64,000 bases of DNA, from NCBI RefSeq assembly GCF_006345805.1, contig NC_043006.1:32550001-32614000 (forward strand), given 5' to 3'. The position numbers were made by a program, and so were the translations under genes. Below are positions 49,600 to 62,979 of the stretch, in pieces; within the stretch, counting starts at the first letter, position 1; every line of letters begins with the position of its first letter. The notes under the pieces are model-generated. The model did not search any database. It had not been told where the DNA came from and saw only the letters and a list, made by a program, of their open reading frames with translations. The DNA comes from Octopus sinensis. Lineage: Eukaryota.

Positions 49600-50150
49600 T
49601 AATGGAAGCGACAAAGGATCATATTCAGTTTATTTTCTCTTAGGAGTTCAATAAAGGCAACAGCGGAATTGAAAATGTGATGAATATTAATGCAATATAT
49701 GGGGATCGTAAGCCAGTGTCAACGGACGTTCCAGAAATTCTGAGTCGGAAACTACAGCCTAGAAGACGAGCCTCGCCCTGGAAGATCTGTAGAGCTCGAC
49801 GAGGGCGTCCTGCAAACGCTGTTGTAAAAAAAAAAAACCATAGTAACTATTTTGAAACCAGCAGAGAAGCTTGGGTTTGGTCATTCAACCATTCATCGAC
49901 ACCTGCGTGTCATCGGAAAAAAACATCTTTGGTTTCAAGATGAAAGGTGTTCTTCCATAAGGATAATGCTCGGCCACATACAGCGAGGATGATATTCCAT
50001 CGGTTGGAGCAGTTTGAATGAGAAACGATGCCGCACCCACCATATCTTTTTTTTTTTATTTTGAAGAGAGACTTTGCAAGTCTATCAGAAAGATAGAAGA
50101 GCATTGTAGAAAATAAAGGAGAGTATATTTTAAATTATAAAAAACTTTGT
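49600..50150 (+). pseudogene. Decayed, internally deleted mariner transposase
   Basis: EFNKGNS...IYGDR...FQKF*VGNYSLEDEPRPGRSVELDE and FFHKDNARPHTAR...PHPPY. Confidence 0.75.
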
Positions 50151-50189
50151 TTATCTTAATAATATCGCATTATTTATAGTGTAACCCCA

Positions 50190-50190
50190 C

Positions 50191-50222
<32 letters not shown>

Positions 50223-50429
50223 ATATATAACGTTTTGTATTTGGTTTGCAAGATTCTTTATGTGAATTCGTGTGTTGAATCATATTTTAGTGTGTCTGGG
50301 GAGAGTCATTCCTTTTTAGTGCCTTATCAAAATTTAGAAAAAATAAGTAAGTAAACGAGTGAAAATCGAACCGGTGAATGTTCTAAGTAATGGGGCACTA
50401 AAAGAGAACGACTCTCCGCAAACACAATA

Positions 50430-50460
<31 letters not shown>

Positions 50461-50667
50461 ATATATAACGTTTTGTATTTGGTTTGCAAGATTCTTTATG
50501 TGAATTCGTGTGTTGAATCATATTTTAGTGTGTCTGGGGAGAGTCATTCCTTTTTAGTGCCTTATCAAAATTTAGAAAAAATAAGTAAGTAAACGAGTGA
50601 AAATCGAACGGTGAATGTTCTAAGTAATGGGGCACTAAAAGAGAACGACTCTCCGCAAACACAATAA
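50190..50667. repeat. Tandem duplication of a ~238-bp unit ((TA)n plus a fold-back PLE-like remnant)
   Basis: Non-TA parts 50229-50430 and 50467-50667 differ by one indel; each contains inverted arms ggagagtcattcctttttagtgcc / ggcactaaaaagagaacgactctcc. Confidence 0.9.
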
Positions 50668-50705
50668 TATATATATATATATATAATATATATATATATA
50701 GACAG

Positions 50706-50777
<72 letters not shown>

Positions 50778-50899
50778 GATAGGTAGATAGATAGATAGAT
50801 AGATAGATGGATAGATACATGCATGCATACATACATACATACATACATACATACATACATACATACATACATACATACATACGTACATACATAGACAGA

Positions 50900-51140
50900 T
50901 AGACATACGACAGGCTTTCAGTTTCCATCTACCAAATCCTACTTATGCCTCGGTCCGAGGCATAAGTAGAAGACACTTGCATTGGAGCTGAACTCAGAAC
51001 CATGTGATTGGGAAGCAAGCTTCTTAACACACAGCCACGCCTGCTCCTGCAAGCTACGCCTGCTCCTGCAAGCTACGCCTGCTCCTGCAAGCTACGCCTG
51101 CTCCTGCAAGCTACGCCTGCTCCTGCAAGCTACGCCTGCA
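50900..51140 (-). mobile_element. tRNA-derived SINE with a 5x19-bp minisatellite at its head
   Basis: SINE body homologous to 57015-57180; (gcctgctcctgcaagctac)x5 at 51039-51133. Confidence 0.8.
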
Positions 51141-52050
51141 CCGACATACAATCAATGCTATTTTCGTGAAGAGATTCGAACACCTCGCACTCCATGAACT
51201 TATCCTTTTGATTTATGTCTTTGTTTCCATAAAACAAATCAATATGCACTTGATGAAGCAAGCAAAAGATAATTCTTGAATTAGGTGCGTATCAAGATAT
51301 GTTAATATCTCTGTAACTGATATTTTTTATCCATATGTTAGGCTTGCAATAATCTTTTACTGTATTTGTATCGATCTGTTTATGTGTATCAATTATTTGT
51401 AGCTGATGTTTCTATCGATCTATTATAATGTTTGCTGCAATTTGTTTCAAACCTCGATTATTTCATGAATACTTTATATTTCTATAATTTTTTATGATAA
51501 ATCTATCAATCTCTTATGATGTTAATATTTCAGTAATATATACGCTCAGTAGTTATCTTTTCTTAACTACTTCTAAGTTAATCATAAAAAGACTTAAAGT
51601 GCAGGTATTGCTCTGAAGGTGCGAACTCCAAAGAAATACAAATAAACATCATCTGTGATTACAATCACACAAAGGCTAATTTGAACATTAGGGATGGAGG
51701 TGTAAGATTCACAAGTTAATCAGTGCAGGGCTGGCAGTGCTCACGGCCTTTAAAAGCTCACAAATACTGTTGATATTGATGTCACTGCATGTTGCTTGGC
51801 CTACAATGATAGATCGATAGTTACATGAAAAATGTGACTCGACACAGGAGACTGAACCAAAAATTGACAAAGACCCGGTGGTTGTGTTTAATCGAGACCT
51901 GTTAAATTCCAAGACATCAGGCTGGAATCACCCGAGCAGAAAATCATATTTGAAAGCGAGCAGCGTTTTGGGATAAAGATGGTATAATGCTATGAAGTAT
52001 ATGGCTACCGACAAGTATTCGTTGAATGCATGATACCAAGTAATTGAAAA

Positions 52051-52137
<87 letters not shown>

Positions 52138-52138
<1 letters not shown>

Positions 52139-52510
52139 ATGAGAGTAATCCCAAAAGTAAGGTTTCTATAGCGCTGAGGACGCAGGGAAACTGTGCGTGC
52201 GGCTATTGGCAACACTGTTGTGCTTGTTGTGCATGCGCCTGCACCTGTCCTTGCGTGCGACTTGCTGCCACGCTCAGTCTTGGCTTGGAAGTCGTATCTG
52301 ATGGAGCTCCCGATTGACACTACCGTCAAGTGTGTGAAGTTCGCGCAATTATTCAGTTTTTGAACGCAAAAGGTATTAAACCGGTTGAAATTCATCACCA
52401 ATTAAGGGAACTGTACGGCGACTCATGCACGGATGTCAAAAACCTTCGCAAGCGGTGTAGGGAGTTTGCAGCTGGACGTACTGAAATCCATGAAGAAGAA
52501 AGAAGCGTTT
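52138..52510 (+). pseudogene. Mariner 5' end (TIR-like start plus HTH fragment)
   Basis: tatgagagtaatcccaaaagtaagg start; CEVRAIIQFLNAKGIKPVEIHHQLRELYGDSC...RCREFAAGRTEIHEEERS. Confidence 0.75.
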
Positions 52511-52593
52511 ATTGTCAATGATGTTTACATCATTTTAAAGTTTGAACATTTATCTATTTTTCTTCATAATCGCCACACACAAACACATATATA

Positions 52594-52832
52594 AACAGAA
52601 TGAGATTAAAAAATCCAAGGCTGTGAAAACGTCTGTATTCATTCCTTCAATTCACTCTGTATTTCACATCTTCTCTATAATAAATATTTCTTAAACATAG
52701 TTTCGCACCGTCTCTGATGAAGGAATATATAAAATATCCCGGAAACGGCTGTAAGACCTTCTCTTTATAAAAATGCTTTAAATGTTCTGAAAACTTTCAC
52801 AGCCTTGGATTTTATTTTTATCTCATTCTGTT
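52594..52832 (+). mobile_element. PLE-like terminal remnant bounded by ~35-bp inverted repeats
   Basis: aacagaatgagattaaaaaatccaaggctgtgaaa (52594-52628) and tttcacagccttggattttatttttatctcattctgtt (52795-52832) enclose a hammerhead motif. Confidence 0.65.
52710..52757 (+). ncRNA. Minimal type I hammerhead ribozyme
   Basis: GUCU-CUGAUGA-aGGAAUAU(AUAAA)AUAUCCCg-GAAA-CGGCUG-U-A-AGAC; same stem I and III family as 35870. Confidence 0.65.
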
Positions 52833-52988
52833 AATTTTAAGTATATATGCATGCTAATACATGACCTACGTTGGACTCCGCATTGGTATCATCATCGAAC
52901 CTGGAGCTTCACTATAATCTGTCCATAGCACTTACTCAGCATTATCTGACACCTTTGGGTTTTCTTGACATCAATACCTCTCACACCC

Positions 52989-53074
<86 letters not shown>

Positions 53075-53107
53075 TGAGAAAGTTGGTGTGTGAAAGCACG
53101 TGGTTGA

Positions 53108-53333
53108 ATATATAGAAAATAGTAAAAAGTGAAAAAACTACAGAAGGCTTGTTTTAAAAGGTTAAAAAATATATTTGAGTCATTATGTCAGAAGAATGTT
53201 ATAAAATTTTTTCATACAGTGACTGTCACTGTATGAAAAAATTTTATAACATTCTTCTGACATAATAACTCAAATATATTTTTTAACTTTTAAAACAAGC
53301 CTTCTGTAGTTTTTTTCACTTTTTACTATTTTC

Positions 53334-53340
<7 letters not shown>
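53108..53340. repeat. Near-perfect palindrome (116-bp arms, 1-nt spacer at 53224)
   Basis: Centre cagtgac-t-gtcactg; one substitution and two 1-bp indels. Confidence 0.9.
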
Positions 53341-53414
<74 letters not shown>

Positions 53415-54035
53415 CGTCCCACATTATTAAGCAAATCAGCCTTCTCATTTTATTTATGTGAATAATATATAGTCTATTGACTAAATTTTTACACGCTAGG
53501 CCACTGGTAACGGAAATTTTTAATATTTCTGATTACCATTTGATATTATTAATTATATATATATGAAGAAAGAGGGAGAGAGAGAGAGAGAGAGAAATAC
53601 TCAGAGGGAAAAAGAAGGATACGTTTCTGTGTATATATGGTGATATAAATCTATTTTAAAATATCGTTTGTACATATATGTATAATAATTATTACTACTG
53701 TTTCATCCGTTGTTTGCGCCGTATTAAAATACATTCTAGATTTCTACTGCTTTTCTTTTATATCCAACATAATATATAAAAATACACATACAAGAAATTT
53801 TGACAATCAAACAATGTTCGTGTATAAAATATTTGTAGCGAATTTGACATTTTCATAGTTGGGATACCCACGAGATCTTTTTGTACAAACTGTTATGACA
53901 AGCTGCTCAAAAATAAAAATCTATTTTGAAATGGCTCTAAGAAAATAATCATTCAAGTATTATTTGAAGTACACAGTAACCGTCAATCATCTAATTTGCT
54001 GTGCCGTGCGTTGGACATCGAGGTGAAAGCGGTGA

Positions 54036-54437
<402 letters not shown>

Positions 54438-54439
54438 TG

Positions 54440-54985
54440 TACATTGTTTTGTCTTGGTATAAAAGATGGGCTACAGCAAATATTCTGCTCAATATCACAG
54501 ATTTGCTTGTCAGTTGTTTGACCTTAACCAGTTGAGAATGTCCCCTAGTAGCTGACGATATGTGCATCTCTGATCACGAGCAGAAGTAGTGGGGGAGCAT
54601 CATAGCCATGTGTTGAGAGGGATTCTTTGAGGTTTGAATAATTCCCCTCTGGAAACATGGGTGGTTCTTTCAACATCCTTAAACAACCCTTATTCAGGGA
54701 CCATTTGAGCGGGATGGGTTACTCAACCTGAAGAAAATTCTAACTGGGCTCCACCTGCAAGGTCATGTGCTGTTTATCTTGATATGAGATCACCATGTCG
54801 TGCACATATGGTTGTGATGCATGTGCCTGGTGTAACCTTATCAGACGGGTAGTCATGATGGGTATATTGGGCTTCGTATATTTTACCCCAGTGTCACTTT
54901 GATGGCATGAACTGCTCTCTCACTCAATAATAATAATAACAATAACAATAATAATAATAAAAAAATAATAATAACAACAACAACA
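54440..54985 (+). mobile_element. Non-coding retroelement-like 3' end lying between (TAA)n arrays
   Basis: About 490 bp of mixed sequence ending ...ctgctctctcactc(AAT)n; no ORF; family not identified. Confidence 0.35.
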
Positions 54986-55644
54986 TTGAAAAATACCTTA
55001 GAAATGAGAACCCAGTTTCGAAACTTCCCCAAGAAACCTGATGAAGGCTGAAACGTTGTGTTAGCAACAAACAAGATGAGGAGAAATATCCGTCAAATAA
55101 TGTACATAGTTCCTCATCTCTAATATAGAACTGGATAGATAGGTTGATAGACAGATAGATACATGGTGAAGCAAGTATCTCGCTTTTAAAATTATACTTT
55201 AACAGAGAAACGATTATATTTTCCTATATTCTCTTAAGATAAATTTGAAGAATGGTAATTCATAATTTTCTCTTCTGTCTGTAACAAACGTACTTTTAAA
55301 AGAAAAAGACTTTCTGTTTTTGAACGTGGTATCTTTATGCTTTCAATGACCGACTTACGAAATAGCTTAATGAGTCTGTGCCATACATACATACATACAT
55401 ACATACATACATACATACATACATACATACATACATACATACATACATACATACATTCATACATACATACATACATACATGTAAGCATACAGAAGTTGAG
55501 AGAAGGAAGATTATGAAGGTATTGGTTGAAAGATCAAAGTATAAAGAAAAAAAAAAATAACAGCGAGAAAACGCTGCCGTCGTGTCGCTGCCTTTCCTCG
55601 TAAAATTAGACTTTCTCCAGGGGAAACAGAATGGTCAGAAACAC

Positions 55645-55713
<69 letters not shown>

Positions 55714-55720
55714 CAGCTTG

Positions 55721-55760
<40 letters not shown>

Positions 55761-55842
55761 TATTATATTATTATTATTATTATTATTATTTTATTATTAT
55801 TATCATTATTATTATTATTATTATTATTATCATTATTATTAT

Positions 55843-56040
55843 TAAGGCGGCGAGCTGGCAGAAAAGTTAGCACGCCGGGGGAAATGCTTAGCGATATTTC
55901 GCCGGCTACTACGTTCTGAGTTTGCCTCTCACCCTTTCGGGGTCAATAAATCAAGTACCAGTGGAATACTGCAGTCGATGTCATCGACCAGTGCCCTCCC
56001 ACCGAATTTCAGGCCTTGTGACTATAGTAGAAAGGATTGT
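55843..56040 (+). mobile_element. tRNA-derived SINE, 'aaggcggcgagctggcagaa' family
   Basis: aaggcggcgagctggcagaaaagttagcacgccggg...ctttcggggtcaataaa. Confidence 0.8.
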
Positions 56041-56041
56041 T

Positions 56042-56194
56042 ATTCTTCTTCTTCTTCTTTTTCTTCTTCTTTTTCTTCTTCTTCTTCTTCTTCTTCTTCT
56101 TCTTCTTCTTCTTCTTCTTCTTCTTCTTCTTCTTCTTCTTCTTCTTCTTCTTCTTTTCTTCTTCTTCTTCTTCTTCTTCTTCTTCTTCTTCTCC

Positions 56195-56262
<68 letters not shown>
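56042..56262. repeat. (TTC)n then (TTA)n microsatellites
   Basis: Seen directly. Confidence 0.95.
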
Positions 56263-56263
<1 letters not shown>

Positions 56264-56399
56264 TTTTTTCTTTGATACTCCGAAACTATATTTAAATTAT
56301 TTCTATTTTTCAAGTCCTTGTACACATTTTTCTGAACTGTTTTCACCTGCTCATGTCAACATGCTCATTTTCTTTTCTCTTTATAGTGTTTCCTGATAA

Positions 56400-58400
56400 T
56401 ACGACGTCCATTTGCTCTCACTGGACCAAGAATATCTTATCTCCGAGCATCCGTTTCCATACCAGTTGTATAACATTCACAAAAATTGTATTCACTTAGT
56501 TGCCTCATTTGTCATTCTTTGTTCAGAATAGTAATTCTACAACTACACTGTTGTTACTTTCTGATTTCCATTAGGCATTTAGTAACATTAGATCCCTTCT
56601 CGTCTTAATTAATATTTTTATATAATATTTGGACATCATGCGTTAATCTCTTGGCTGTATCAAGAGAACGTTCTCGTCTTGTAACATTGAACTTCGTCGC
56701 AAGTGGTCTTTGCTAAATGTACCTTATCTGATACGGTATTAATCGCATAATCATATTCCTGCAATCCTTGTATCATAAACGTTTCAAATATCTTTCATCA
56801 TCGTCGTCATTACATCATCATCATCATTATAAACTCCTTCTAACCCACCTCCTCTTCCGCCTCCTCCTCACCGTCATGGTTGCCGTAAACTACCTGATAC
56901 ATCGGTTGTCAAGCGATGGTAGGGGGACAAACACAGACACACAAACATACACACAGACACACAAACATACACACAGAGACACATACACACACAGACACAC
57001 ACACACATATATATATGACGGGATTCTTTCAGTTTCCATCTACCAGATCCACTCTCAAGAATTTGGTCGGCCCGAGGCTATTGTAGAAGTCACTTGCCCA
57101 AGGTGCCACGCAGTGGGACTGAATCCGGAACCATGTGGTCGGTAAGCAAGCTTCTTCCCACACAGCCACTCCTGCGCCTAATGTCCAGTTATATATTATG
57201 TCATATCCGTAATATATAGTGGCAACGATTCTTCTCCATCTGGGATTATTGCAACAAGGGATTATTGCAACAATAACTTATAACTTATTCGCAGTTATCC
57301 TTTGTCTATTATAAATCCAGTATTATTCCTTGTTTTCTATGTACGCTGCGAGTCTGCTATTATAAGGTTCTCAAAATGCGATATTTAAATATTTCTCTTT
57401 ATTCTTTTCATATTATGGTCATAACTTGTCTTCATTCCTCGAAGGCACGGTCAATCTGACCAGATAAATTATCATGGATCTTACAACAGTTCTTTTTAAT
57501 AATAGCTTCAGACCAATATCGCTACATTTTTCATATAATTTGATATCAAACTTCCTGCCAAATATCTTCGTGGTATATATGGTATTCACATAAAAAGCTT
57601 CTTGTGTTACTTTGCGCATAAAATATGACAAGAAAACTTTTATATAATTTCCTGCTGCCATTCTCTCTGCTAATAAACGTTATATCAAAATTATATCCTC
57701 AAACTTCATACTGCAAAGTTTTGTCTACTTTGTCATAAACCTAATACATTCTGTCTCACTGGCTTCCGCTTCATTTTACCTTAACAAAAGTTTCTATTAA
57801 TCGGCTGTGCAGCCATTGCAGAGCAGGTTTTCCATCTTTAATCCATCATCTTTTAGTGAAACGTATCGTTCCTTTTTTTTGGTTAAGTCGTCTATTTGCC
57901 TCGCAAACTATTTATGTAAATTTTATCTCTTCCCATTCACAGCCTTTCCTTTTTTGTTTTGTTTTTAATCCCTTTCTGCGTCCAGGTATTTACCATTGAA
58001 TTTTTTTCTTCCATTGATGTACATTCTCTTCTTTTTATCCCGACATCTGGTTAGTCCTGTATTTTCCAAGCATTTCGTAGACGTCTACCTCTTCCTTCGC
58101 ATTCTACTTTATAATATTTCGTTTCTGTAACTTGTTTTGCATTGTTATTAAGTTTCTCGTCTGCTAATTCCATCTAGTTCATTTGTCGTCAGTTGAAGAA
58201 GAGCACATCATATCAATACTATTCTTTCTCAACACTGATAATTCTAATCCGATATCTTCTAATTTGTTTCGTTTCTTGCTAATCTCTTCTTTTTTTATAT
58301 AATCTAGAATCATCTGTTTTATTGTCTTCCATTTCACCTCTTTTTTTTCAATACGCTCATATAGGTTATTCTTTACCACGTCCGGTTTCATTGCTGTTTT
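56400..58400 (-). pseudogene. Heavily decayed RLE-type LINE ORF (RT region), interrupted by a SINE
   Basis: Fragments such as HSRLIETFVKVK (compare PH.W.IETL) and SQEINA..KYYIK (compare AIQEQEI.T); many stops. Confidence 0.4.
57015..57180 (-). mobile_element. tRNA-derived SINE
   Basis: Minus-strand head aggcgcaggagtggctgtgtgg...ggttccggattcagtccc...gggcaagtgac. Confidence 0.8.
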
Positions 58401-58467
58401 TTGTAATTGTCACCATCATCATCATCATCATTGTTGTCATTGTTATTGTTGTTGTTGTTGTTTTTGA

Positions 58468-58541
<74 letters not shown>

Positions 58542-58543
58542 CC

Positions 58544-58577
<34 letters not shown>

Positions 58578-58585
58578 CATCATCA

Positions 58586-58644
<59 letters not shown>

Positions 58645-58647
<3 letters not shown>

Positions 58648-59019
58648 TAGTTTTATTTTTATAGCGTGCTTTCACTTCACTACCGAGCGCAGCTCTGTGT
58701 GCCTTGGGTATGTGCTGTGATTTGTTGTGATGCTCTGATGGTTATTGTATGGAAAGTGTTCTGCGTAGGATGTGTGCAGTGCCTAGTAGTGCAATTTTCT
58801 GTATGTTATATGTGTTTGTAAGTCCTGGTGTTTTTGTTATGTATTTGTCTGAATATTTTTTTATCATGCCTAATGCACCTACTATGATAGGAATTGTTTC
58901 TGTTTTCAGGTTCCACATTCTAGTTATCTCTATTTCCAGGTCTTTGTATTTTGAGAGTTTCTCCATTTCTTTTAGAGACACGTTGTCATCTGCCGGTCTT
59001 GATACATCAATTAGAAAGC

Positions 59020-59022
<3 letters not shown>
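58645..59022 (-). mobile_element. R4/Dong-like RLE LINE 3' end embedded in (TAA)n
   Basis: [52 protein letters not shown]...QKIALLGTAHILRRTLSIQ* plus 3'UTR; (TAA)n on both sides. Confidence 0.85.
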
Positions 59023-59079
<57 letters not shown>

Positions 59080-59087
<8 letters not shown>

Positions 59088-59725
59088 GGAGGAGGGCAAG
59101 CTACTAAAATCGTTTTACATCGGAAAAAATGATGTCGGAAAATGCGTTTACGCCGGGAAAAAAAGTTCGTCTCGCTCATCTGACTTAAAATTTTGCCGAG
59201 GTCAAATTTATCTTTCATCCTTCCAGGGTCCATGAAATTAAGTACCACAACAGGAGTGGGGCTGACGACATCACCTTACACTCTCATTCCTCCAAACTGC
59301 TAGTTTTGTGTCTGAATCAGAAACAAGGGCGCTGGACTGGCAAAATCGTTTCACCTTCAGACGAAATACTTTGTGGTATTAGCTCCCGTTCTTTTTGTTC
59401 TGAGCTCAAATACAGTCGTGATTAACTTTGCCTTTTAGCACCCTGAGGCAGATAAAATAAACTACCAGTCTAATACTGGGGTCTATTGTATTGATTTTAA
59501 CCCTATCCTCAAAATGTATGGCTTTGTGTCAAAATTTGAGATTAGGCGGTTATCTCGTAGAATCGTTAAGGCTGCGGATGAAATTCTTAGCAGCATTTTT
59601 TCCGGCGGCTCTTCGCACACTGAGCCCAAACACCTTTCGTGCTTTCGGGATCGATCAAATAAGTATGAGATAAGTATTTGGGTTAGCGCCCTTAACTGCT
59701 TAGCGCTGAAATGTGGACAGCCTCA
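59080..59725 (+). mobile_element. Three consecutive degenerate SINE copies
   Basis: Three degenerate heads (about 59085, 59330 and 59545), each followed by ...ctttcatcc/ttttagcacc/ctttcggga...taaata(a)gtac. Confidence 0.5.
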
Positions 59726-59789
59726 GTGTGAAAATTACTAATCATCAGCAAAAATATTACTGGTCGACAAAATGAAACTTTTTTTAATC

Positions 59790-60612
59790 ATCAGAGTTAC
59801 TGATTGACTTTTCTGGGTTAAATTTTGATGCTGATTACTAATCTGAAGTGGGGTTGCGCTTTGTCCTGATGAAACATCACTCCTTTTTGATTCACTAAAG
59901 CAGGTCTTTTTTCCGTCAAAACTTGATTCAAACGCTCTAATTGCTGACATTAGACTTGAGCATTGATTGTTCCATTAGTTGGCAATAATTCAAAGTGAAT
60001 TGCTCCTTTGCAAGGAATAATGCAGAGAAAAGTAGATGTAAACTCGGGATTAACGGTTGCTTTCGGACAGTCCATGAGGCACCCATTTTCCAAGTTTAGG
60101 AACCTTTCCAAGTTGTTGAAGATGACGATGAACAGTTGTATGGTTTGAACTAAGCTTTATTGCAAATTCTTCAATTGATAATGCAGGATTTTCTTCAAGT
60201 AATGCCTCAAGGAGCTTATCATCAAACTCAATTGGACATCTTAAGGTTGAAATCTCCACATCTGAATTTTCGAACCATCTTCTGCAAGTTCTTTCATTCA
60301 AGCATTCTTTCCCATAAACTGCGTGTATGTTTCGAGTCGCTTCGGCTGCAGAGTTTCCCTTTTTGTACCCATAAAGCATTATGTGCCTTAAATGCTCTTT
60401 AGATATTTCCATGTTAGAAAGGATATTAATAAAAAATTTCTAATTCTATTATTCTGTAAAATTATTTAATACTGTAAAATTATTTAATTAGTTTAAATGT
60501 ACACAAATGCATAAAAATAATATTTAATTCCATTAGATACTGTAAAATACTATTAAATTTCATTCAATTTTAATAAAGTTAAAATCAGACAGAACTTATG
60601 GGATGAACTGAT
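59790..60612 (-). pseudogene. Internally deleted mariner element
   Basis: MEISKEHLRHIMLYGYKKGNSAAEATRNIHAVYGKECLNERTCRRWF...LGKWVPH and NGTINAQV*CQQLERLNQVLTEKRPALVNQKGVMFHQD; TIR-like 5' end at about 60585-60612. Confidence 0.8.
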
Positions 60613-60687
60613 ACATATGTGTATATATGTATATATATCTATATCTATATCTCTATCTACAGCTATATCTACAGCTATATCTCTATC

Positions 60688-60794
<107 letters not shown>

Positions 60795-60924
60795 GTACGT
60801 ATGTACGTATGTACGTACGTACGTACGTATGTATGTATGTATGTATGTATGTATGTATGTATGTATGTATGTATGTATGTATGTATATATGTATGTATGT
60901 ATGTATGTGCATATGTATATGTAT

Positions 60925-61125
60925 CTGTGTTTTCGTCGCCCACCGCTCGACAACCGGTCGTGGTCTATTTGCAACCTCGTAACTTTCAGTAGTTCAGCAA
61001 AATACGATAGATTACGTACCAGACTTAAAGGAAATAACGATTGGGCTCGATTTCCTCGACTGAAAACCCTTGAAGGCATTGCTCCAGCATGGCTGCAGTC
61101 GAACGACTGAAACACATAAAAAATT
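60925..61125 (+). mobile_element. SINE 3' part with CCAGCATGGC tail
   Basis: ccaccgctcgacaaccgg...gctccagcatggctgcagtcgaacgactgaaac. Confidence 0.7.
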
Positions 61126-61844
61126 AAAGATGAAAGATATTTTCTTTAGCGCCTGTGATTTTTTGTTCTCCACTATTCTTTCGTCTACTTGAAATAACTC
61201 ATAGAATAAACACTTGAGTTTATTGTGCAATAGTTTAATGGTCTTTTAATATTGTTTATATTTCGGAATCGAGCTTTCTTTGTGAGCACTGCTGCACCTC
61301 CTATTACATTACTTTGCTATCGTGATCAACATTAAATGATGTTGCACAATTCATCATTCGCCATAGCTCAGCTGCTTGTTTTGTTGCGGATTTCTGTATA
61401 CACACCCGCATAGTTTATTTGTTATTAATAACGATGTATTATGTTCGTTTTTACTTTTCGTTTAAAACTAAGATCGTTTCATTTTGGCTTGCTTGTCTCA
61501 AGCGATTATTTGTTCTATATTTTTGCATATATATATCCTATTTAACTTGTTTATGTTTACTAAGTAATAAAATCACATGAATATGTACAACAGTTCTATT
61601 TACTGTTATAGTTTCGTTTTGTTTGTATTCAAATGTTTATCGCTGTGTTTGTTTAACCCATATCATCACGCCATCTATGCATATGTTTTACATTATTTCA
61701 ACGATTTATTTTCTTAGCAATAATCACATGTAATATATAAAACAAAGTCAGTTGCGCTGCCGGCTTTCTTCTTACATCACTTTCTTCATAAAGATGATAA
61801 CTGGTACTTAATTTATCGACTCTGTCGATCGGATATTGTCATAT

Positions 61845-62215
61845 TAAATAAGAGAGAGAAATACTCTCAGATCATTGATGTAACCATACCAAATGACCTG
61901 AATTTTGTGAGTAAAGAGGTTGAAAAAATTACCAAGTACTCCGAATTGAAAGTGGAAATAGCAAAACTGTATGGAATGCGAGAGGTTAATGTAAAAGTGA
62001 TACCAGTGATGATAGGATCGTTGGGCTCAATCCCATTAAAACTTCAAGACTTCTTAAGGCACCTGGAAATCCAATGGCAGAGAAATGTCTCGCAAAAGGT
62101 AACCTTATTGGGCACAGCGCACATCTTAAGTAAAGTATTATCTGTCTGACGTCCTTGTTGTGACTTGACAGATGACTAAAGAATGATTACCTAGACTGTT
62201 TTACGAAGGAATAAT
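61845..62215 (+). mobile_element. RLE LINE 3' fragment
   Basis: IIDVTIPNDLNFVSKEVEKITKYSELKVEIAKLYGM...VIPVMIGSLG...QKVTLLGTAHILSKVLSV*. Confidence 0.8.
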
Positions 62216-62219
62216 AATA

Positions 62220-62940
<721 letters not shown>

Positions 62941-62979
62941 AATAGCTGGTACTTAATTTATCGATAATAATAATCACAA

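Noticed and set aside
51039-51133. CRISPR-like array
   Set aside because: The 19-bp units are contiguous with no spacers, there are no cas genes, and the context is a eukaryotic SINE.
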